Source: a virus. From it: a DNA stretch of 64,000 nt. The stretch's first letter is position 1. Each line of letters begins with the position of its first letter. The stretch covers positions 10,196 through 74,195 of the IMG/VR virus record IMGVR_UViG_3300032087_005679; one strand, given 5' to 3'. The notes beneath the pieces are model-generated. The model did no database searches. It worked only from the letters and a program-made list of their open reading frames with translations, and was not told the origin of the DNA. Position numbers and translations under genes: made by a program. Shown here one piece after another: positions 59,456 to 64,000 of this stretch.

Positions 59456-60696
59456 AAAAGCGTGTTGTTGGTCTTTTTTTAGTTGCCCTGCTTTTTGGCT
59501 GCGAAGAAGATAGACTGGTAAAGCTAGAATGCGTTATTGGCGATAAACTTGTCTGTAATGAGTTTGGACAGAACTTCCCAGCCGTTGATCCAGCCGACAT
59601 CCCAGAGAGAACAGGTCAATGTTCTTATGGAACAAGAACCTGTACAATAAATGGCTGGGGAGAATGTGAGGGAGCAAAAGGACCAGAAGCAGAAGTTTGT
59701 GATGGGATTGATAACGATTGTGATATGACAATCGACGAAACCTACCCAGAAGAACATCAACTTTGCGGGTTCCAAGAAAATATAGATTACGGAGTTGGCA
59801 TCTGTAAACCAGGTGTTATGACCTGTTACAACGGCGTTCTATATTGTGACGGACATACAGGACCTGCTGATGAGATCTGTGATGGTGTTGATAACAACTG
59901 TAATGGAACGGTTGATGAAGGTATCGCTAATGCTACAGCGGTTGCTTGCTATGAAGGACCTGAAGGAACTCTAGCGGTTGGTGAGTGTCGAGCAGGCATT
60001 CGCTATTGTACTGACGGCAACTTTGGCGGACCTTGTGATGGTCAGGTTTTACCAACCGATGAAAGATGTGATGACCTTGATAATGATTGCGACGGAGAAG
60101 TCGATGAGGGCTTTGATACTCGTGGTGTAGATTTGGTTTTTGTTATCGATATATCTGGTTCCTTCGATGACGAGATAGAGTCAATGATTTTAGGCATAAC
60201 TCCGCTTTTAGACGACCCGATAACGAGCAGATTTCGTTTTGGACTAGTTGTTGTGGGTGCTAGGCAGGGTGACGACATAAGACCGCATAATCTATACTCT
60301 AGAATGGTCTCTGATTTTGTTCCCGCTGATGAGTTCGTGGCGATATTGGAAGCCGGCAGAATGATTGATAGTGCTGGGCAAGAGCCAACCATTGATACGA
60401 TGTATTGGGCTATGAACAGATACCCATTTTCGTGGAGACCAGAAGCACAAAAAGTTGTTATAACAATGACTGATGAGATAGCCCAGACAATCACATCAAT
60501 GACCTGTTTAGAAGTAGCAACCCATGCTGACAACTATGGATATGAGTTATTTGTATTTGCCCTACAAGAGCATCATAGGAGTTTCTTGGATTGTGTTGGC
60601 GGGGATAGAGATAGGCTCTATAGTCCTACTGCTAACTCTGAGACAGTGTTTTATCAGATCAGGGCAATCTTTGAAGACCTTTGTGTAGGTCGTTAA
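59452..60696 (+). CDS. Lipoprotein with three Cys-rich MopE-type repeats and a C-terminal vWA domain
   Basis: Lipobox LFGC; repeats EVCDGIDNDCD, EICDGVDNNCNG, ERCDDLDNDCDG; MIDAS DISGS; ITMTDE. Confidence 0.88.
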   Translation: MKKRVVGLFLVALLFGCEEDRLVKLECVIGDKLVCNEFGQNFPAVDPADIPERTGQCSYGTRTCTINGWGECEGAKGPEAEVCDGIDNDCDMTIDETYPEEHQLCGFQENIDYGVGICKPGVMTCYNGVLYCDGHTGPADEICDGVDNNCNGTVDEGIANATAVACYEGPEGTLAVGECRAGIRYCTDGNFGGPCDGQVLPTDERCDDLDNDCDGEVDEGFDTRGVDLVFVIDISGSFDDEIESMILGITPLLDDPITSRFRFGLVVVGARQGDDIRPHNLYSRMVSDFVPADEFVAILEAGRMIDSAGQEPTIDTMYWAMNRYPFSWRPEAQKVVITMTDEIAQTITSMTCLEVATHADNYGYELFVFALQEHHRSFLDCVGGDRDRLYSPTANSETVFYQIRAIFEDLCVGR

Positions 60697-61117
60697 TTAT
60701 ATTGCTTCCACTCACCGGTTCTCATATCGAGTTGACCGCCTTTACTTCCAAGTTTGCCTAAAGTCACCGACCCGTCATCATCTACTTTGCCGAGCGTGAC
60801 TTCCTTGGCTTTTTTTTAGGGGCTGGTTCCTCCTCATTGGATTCTTCCTCTACTTCTTCTTCTGCCTCTGCAATATCAATTTGTTCAATAAGTGAGGAGT
60901 GATCTTCTATTTCTTGAATGCATTTTCTAATTGAACTTACTAGGCTATCAAGTTCTTCTAGAATCTCAATAGAATTACCTGACGCCAATACTGATCCAAG
61001 TTTTGCAGTTTCATTCTGGTATTCTGCTGATAGCCTGTTTAGAGAAAGGTTAATGACATTATTAATCAAGACTCTTACATCTTTTTTGTTGACATCTAGA
61101 GAAAGTTTATGTTTCAT
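60693..61117 (-). CDS. Acidic helical protein (111 aa, stop 60782) with a probable -1 frameshift extension to 141 aa (stop 60693)
   Basis: A_AAA_AAG slippery site at 60809-60815, upstream GGAGG, downstream hairpin and an open -1 frame. Confidence 0.65.
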
Positions 61118-61702
61118 TTATATTATCCCCTTATTTTTGAGTATTATTTGTAGCAACTTATCTTTTTCTTCATCCGTTGTTGCCTGCGACCAAGCCCAAG
61201 CAACAGAACCTTTCTTTGTAATTATTTCGTCAGAAATCGTTTTTATATTATTTTCAAACAAAGCCAAAGTTTCTGGATGCAAAGAAGTTAGTTCGATATT
61301 GAAAGATGCAGCTATTTCTAGCAATGTTGCTATATCTTGATTTTCGTAGGCTTCTGATGCTTTTAGGAAAACATCTGCTTGGCTATCATCACCTACTTTA
61401 TCAGGATGTGTTTTTTCAACTATCTTTCTGTATAATTTTCTTGTGTCCCCGTTTTTTGGAATTGCAGGCTCTATTTCTTGCTCTTCTGAGACCTCTTCTA
61501 TTGGAGCAGTTTCTTTAGGAGGTGTTTGATTTACCGCTTTTGGCGGCACACCAAAAAAAGAATCATAATGTTCTGGATACTTTGTTTTTAAGAATTCTTT
61601 TATACCTTTTTCTGAGTCGGAACAAACTTCTTCGACTTCTTCTTTTTCTAATTTCAGATAAGAAAATTGAAGTGATAACTTTTTGAGTTTTATTTTAGAC
61701 AT
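61118..61702 (-). CDS. J-domain (DnaJ-like) protein
   Basis: RKLYRKIVEKTHPDK...FLKASEAYE. Confidence 0.8.
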   Translation of the reverse strand: MSKIKLKKLSLQFSYLKLEKEEVEEVCSDSEKGIKEFLKTKYPEHYDSFFGVPPKAVNQTPPKETAPIEEVSEEQEIEPAIPKNGDTRKLYRKIVEKTHPDKVGDDSQADVFLKASEAYENQDIATLLEIAASFNIELTSLHPETLALFENNIKTISDEIITKKGSVAWAWSQATTDEEKDKLLQIILKNKGII

Positions 61703-61706
61703 GTCT

Positions 61707-61713
61707 TATTTAG
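61707..61713 (-). promoter_or_regulatory. Candidate late-promoter motif CTAAATA, 4 nt upstream of ATG
   Basis: CTAAATA AGAC ATG, directly downstream of a terminator, so the gene needs its own promoter. Confidence 0.6.
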
Positions 61714-61720
61714 TTCCCAT

Positions 61721-61752
61721 AAAAAAGAACGGGGAGCCGAAGCCCCCCGTTC
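61721..61752 (-). terminator. Rho-independent terminator
   Basis: GAACGGGGGGC-TTCG-GCTCCCCGTTC followed by TTTTTT. Confidence 0.9.
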
Positions 61753-61788
61753 ATAAAAACCATTCTATGTGTTAGACACTAAGATTTA

Positions 61789-62670
61789 TTATGGTACAAG
61801 TACTACCTTCAAAAGACCATCTTCGACCATGAGCTTGTAGTATACACCTGCGTTGTCTTGGTCCAACAACTGGAGTGGTGCATCATACTTGTGAATGCCT
61901 TCCCAAGTTGGGTTGAAGGCATTTGACTGATCAATCTTAGCCTCGGTGGATTCGATTGCAAGTCCGCCGTTTGCCTTAAGGTCAAGCGAGAACTCACCAG
62001 AAGAAACGTCAAGACCATCACCAGCAGTAATGTGAGCCTGTACTTCAGAGGCAGATGGACCTGTGTAGGTGATGACACCTGTGCTGCTGTTGTAAGCCAA
62101 GCTTCCATCGCCACCAGAGTCGGTGACAGAGACAAGACCTCTGACTTCAGCGTCGGTTCTTTCTGTGAAGCTCATGACACCTGTGCTAGAGTTGTAAGAA
62201 AGATCACCACCAGCAGAGACAGCACCACGGATAGAAGATGTCAAGTTACTAACGTTAACTGTGAATTCACCAGAAGAAAGTTCCAAAATGTAGGCATCTT
62301 CAGTGATGTGCTGTTGGACGCCAGCAGCGTTGTTATCAAGAGCATAACCAACAGATGCAGAGAAAGCGCTGGCTTCAACTTCGATTGTACCAGCGCCATC
62401 GTGAGTCAAGAATTCATCAACAGTAATGTTCTCAACACCACCTGCTGAAATTGCACCACCAAGTGCGTTTAGAGCAGAAATGACAGAAACACGAGAAGAC
62501 TCAGCCGAGAAAGCCCCCAAGTCGGTGTTGAGTTTTTTACCAGCTAGAACATCTGCATCATTTTGCGCAGCACCGGCAAGAGCAGAAGATGAGAGAGCAG
62601 AGTCTCCATCGACCTGAATAGCACCAATAACCTCAACGGGTACTATAACTGAACCTGACAAAATAGACAT
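61789..62670 (-). CDS. Fibre/decoration-type virion protein with GxLxYNSSTGV repeats (293 aa)
   Basis: Repeats GDLSYNSSTGVMSFT and GSLAYNSSTGVITYT; AGDGL motif; GGAGG SD; own terminator. Confidence 0.75.
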   Translation of the reverse strand: MSILSGSVIVPVEVIGAIQVDGDSALSSSALAGAAQNDADVLAGKKLNTDLGAFSAESSRVSVISALNALGGAISAGGVENITVDEFLTHDGAGTIEVEASAFSASVGYALDNNAAGVQQHITEDAYILELSSGEFTVNVSNLTSSIRGAVSAGGDLSYNSSTGVMSFTERTDAEVRGLVSVTDSGGDGSLAYNSSTGVITYTGPSASEVQAHITAGDGLDVSSGEFSLDLKANGGLAIESTEAKIDQSNAFNPTWEGIHKYDAPLQLLDQDNAGVYYKLMVEDGLLKVVLVP

Positions 62671-62868
62671 ATTTATTCCTCCATTAGAGAGAGTTATTTC
62701 GACCGACTCAGAGCCTACAGTTGTAGATCTGAGTTTATATGAAACTGTTTTGGAAATTGTAACTTATATGTCACAACAAATACCGAGAAGTAGTTTGTCT
62801 TGCTTTCGGTGTTCTTTATACGTCTTATATAGATTTTTATTCTATCTTTTTTCCATTATTTTTAAAAT

Positions 62869-62891
62869 AAAAAAAGCCCCCCGAAGGGAGC
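62869..62891 (-). terminator. Rho-independent terminator after tRNA-Ser
   Basis: GCTCCC-TTCG-GGGGGC followed by TTTTTTT. Confidence 0.88.
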
Positions 62892-62900
62892 TTAATTTAT

Positions 62901-62988
62901 TGGAGGAAGAGGTGGGATTCGAACCCACGGTAGATTTCTCTACAAGGCATTTCTAGTGCCTCACCATCGACCACTCGGACACTCTTCC
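62901..62988 (-). tRNA. tRNA-Ser(AGA), long variable arm, encoded CCA
   Basis: Acceptor GGAAGAG/CTCTTCC; anticodon arm AGGCA-CTAGAAA-TGCCT; variable arm GTAGA-GAAA-TCTAC; T-arm GTGGG-TTCGAAT-CCCAC. Confidence 0.9.
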
Positions 62989-63038
62989 AATGCTAGAATT
63001 GCACTTCTATATTTAGTTTTACGGAAAATAAAAAAGAA

Positions 63039-63119
63039 GAAAGAATAACCTCGTGAGGGATCGCACCTCATAGCCTGCTCGCTTGGTGGCTAGAACACTA
63101 GATCCGAGGAGATCTTTCT
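63039..63119 (-). ncRNA. tRNA-like structured RNA or tRNA pseudogene
   Basis: Closing stems AGAAAGA/TCTTTCT and CCTCG/CGAGG, hairpin TAGCC/GGCTA, T-arm TGAGG-TGCGATC-CCTCA; no CCA and no canonical anticodon loop. Confidence 0.5.
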
Positions 63120-63129
63120 GTAATCTTTG

Positions 63130-63534
63130 TTATCTGATCCTTTTTGACTTTCTGTTGCCTGTGTTTCTAAAAGTAGGGGTAAGTGAATGACAATTAGGAC
63201 ACAACATTCTTAAGTTCTCTTCTTTATTGTTCGAAGCATCCCCATCTATGTGGTCAATTTCTATAGGAACCCTATTGGTATAAGGATTAATCTCATTCCA
63301 TCCACATGATTCACAACTATTGTTACTTCTTTCACGAAGATAGTTCATTATATGTTTTGAAACTAATAATGTTTTCTTGCTTCTTATTCCATCATGTAGT
63401 CCTTTTTTCCACTCTGAGATATACTTTTTTCTCTGAAAGATTGTTTGGCATTTATGATCGCAATAGGTATTAGCATTTACAATTGGTTTGTTACAATTTT
63501 TACAGCTTTTTTCTTTTCTTTCTCTTTTCCTCAT
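63130..63534 (-). CDS. HNH endonuclease (homing-type)
   Basis: CKNC, CESC, IEIDHIDGDASNN...NLRMLCPNCH; AGGAGG SD. Confidence 0.92.
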   Translation of the reverse strand: MRKRERKEKSCKNCNKPIVNANTYCDHKCQTIFQRKKYISEWKKGLHDGIRSKKTLLVSKHIMNYLRERSNNSCESCGWNEINPYTNRVPIEIDHIDGDASNNKEENLRMLCPNCHSLTPTFRNTGNRKSKRIR

Positions 63535-63606
63535 TTTGGTTTACCTCCTATACATATATATAGCCACTCTACCAAAAAAAGCAGTTTATAAACCTGCTTA
63601 GGTTTT

Positions 63607-63680
63607 TGGAGGTGAGTCCCGGACTCGAACCGGGAAGAAGGCATTACAAATGCCACATGATACCATTTCATCAACCCACC
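63607..63680 (-). tRNA. tRNA with TGT anticodon (nominal Thr), atypical body
   Basis: GGTGGGT/ACTCACC-T-CCA; TGGCA-TTTGTAA-TGCCT; 4-nt variable loop; CCCGG-TTCGAGT-CCGGG. Confidence 0.8.
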
Positions 63681-63683
63681 TAA

Positions 63684-63760
63684 TGGCACTCCCGGCAGGA
63701 TTCGAACCTGCGACCTAATGCTTAGAAGGCATTTGCTCTTTCCGGCTGAGCTACGGAAGC
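63684..63760 (-). tRNA. tRNA-Arg(TCT)
   Basis: AATGC-CTTCTAA-GCATT anticodon arm; canonical D and T arms; G-CCA end. Confidence 0.95.
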
Positions 63761-63763
63761 TTA

Positions 63764-63840
63764 TGGTAGTCCACCGAGGGATCGAACCTCGAACCTACTG
63801 ATTATGAGTCAGTTGCTCTAACCGATTGAGCTAGTGGACC
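63764..63840 (-). tRNA. tRNA(CAT), probably Ile2 (lysidine) rather than Met
   Basis: ACTGA-CTCATAA-TCAGT; acceptor GGTCCAC/GTGGACT has C4-G69 and C5-G68 (TilS determinants) and A73; lacks initiator features. Confidence 0.85.
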
Positions 63841-63927
63841 ACAAAGTAATATTCAGTTTTCATTCAGCTATTATCAGCAGGCAAGACCGAACTGATAAAC
63901 CCATTTTACGGGCAACAAAAGATAATG

Positions 63928-64000
63928 TTAAGAGACAAGTTCCAAATCACGTTCTGTGTAGAAAGGATTCCAACGATTTTCACTGCCGTCGTACTGAACC
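63928..64000 (-). CDS. 3' end of a hypothetical ORF entering from the window edge
   Basis: Open frame ...VQYDGSENRWNPFYTERDLELVS* with TAA at 63928-63930. Confidence 0.4.
   Translation of the reverse strand, partial: VQYDGSENRWNPFYTERDLELVS

Noticed and set aside
1169-62617. Many short ORFs nested in or antisense to long genes (e.g. 10516..10845, 17195..17611, 60042..60533, 60918..61340, 62032..62448)
   Set aside because: Shadow frames of well-supported genes, with no motifs or ribosome-binding sites noticed.
62750-62956. 68-aa plus-strand ORF
   Set aside because: It runs antisense across a terminator and tRNA-Ser.
62945-62961. Reading the tRNA loop CTAGAAA as a CTA amber suppressor or Leu(TAG)
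   Set aside because: The perfect 5-bp stem fixes a 7-nt loop with U33 followed by AGA, and the body is serine-type.
63868-63913. Two small hairpins upstream of the tRNA cluster as a riboswitch or ncRNA
   Set aside because: Only short stems (TTATCAG/CTGATAA, CCC/GGG), with no family motif I can support.
1-64000. Alternative genetic code (TAG/TGA recoding)
   Set aside because: Multi-kb ORFs are intact under code 11, all three stops end genes with tight coupling, and no suppressor tRNA is present.

Overview
The window is a gene-dense, AT-rich (roughly 35-38% GC by eye) segment of a large contractile-tailed (myovirus-type, probably jumbo) bacteriophage, with almost all genes on the minus strand. 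From left to right: (i) 1-27.7 kb, a virion tail/baseplate module (very large Ser/Thr-rich proteins, a LamG-domain protein, gp6-like wedge, gp25-like protein, M23 peptidase). (ii) A T4 gp55-like sigma factor and small genes. (iii) 29.4-48.5 kb, a ~19 kb sugar-nucleotide/glycosyltransferase island of 20 genes, including a GT11-like, a fungal-type GT15-like, a C-methyltransferase, an aminotransferase and a formyltransferase. (iv) A Cas4/RecB-like nuclease, an HEXXH protein, PhoH and a complete tmRNA (tag ANNNAELALAA) with sigma70 promoter and terminator. (v) A 1121-aa three-domain protein (ligase-fold nucleotidyltransferase, nuclease-like cassette, HxGH nucleotidyltransferase) whose domains are separated by a repeated ESL-x6-ITEKE linker. 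(vi) An exported-protein island with a trypsin-like protease and a Cys-rich/vWA lipoprotein of myxobacterial type. (vii) A J-domain gene followed by a gene carrying a complete -1 frameshift signal. (viii) A tRNA cluster with Ser(AGA), an atypical Thr(TGT), Arg(TCT), Ile2(CAT), a tRNA-like RNA and an HNH gene. The best leads for new biology are the modular polyprotein, the frameshift cassette, a candidate virion O-glycosylation system ([ST]-[GAS]-S motifs plus the glycan island), leaderless late promoters and the A34 tRNA-Ser. All family calls come from motif recognition only; no searches were run.
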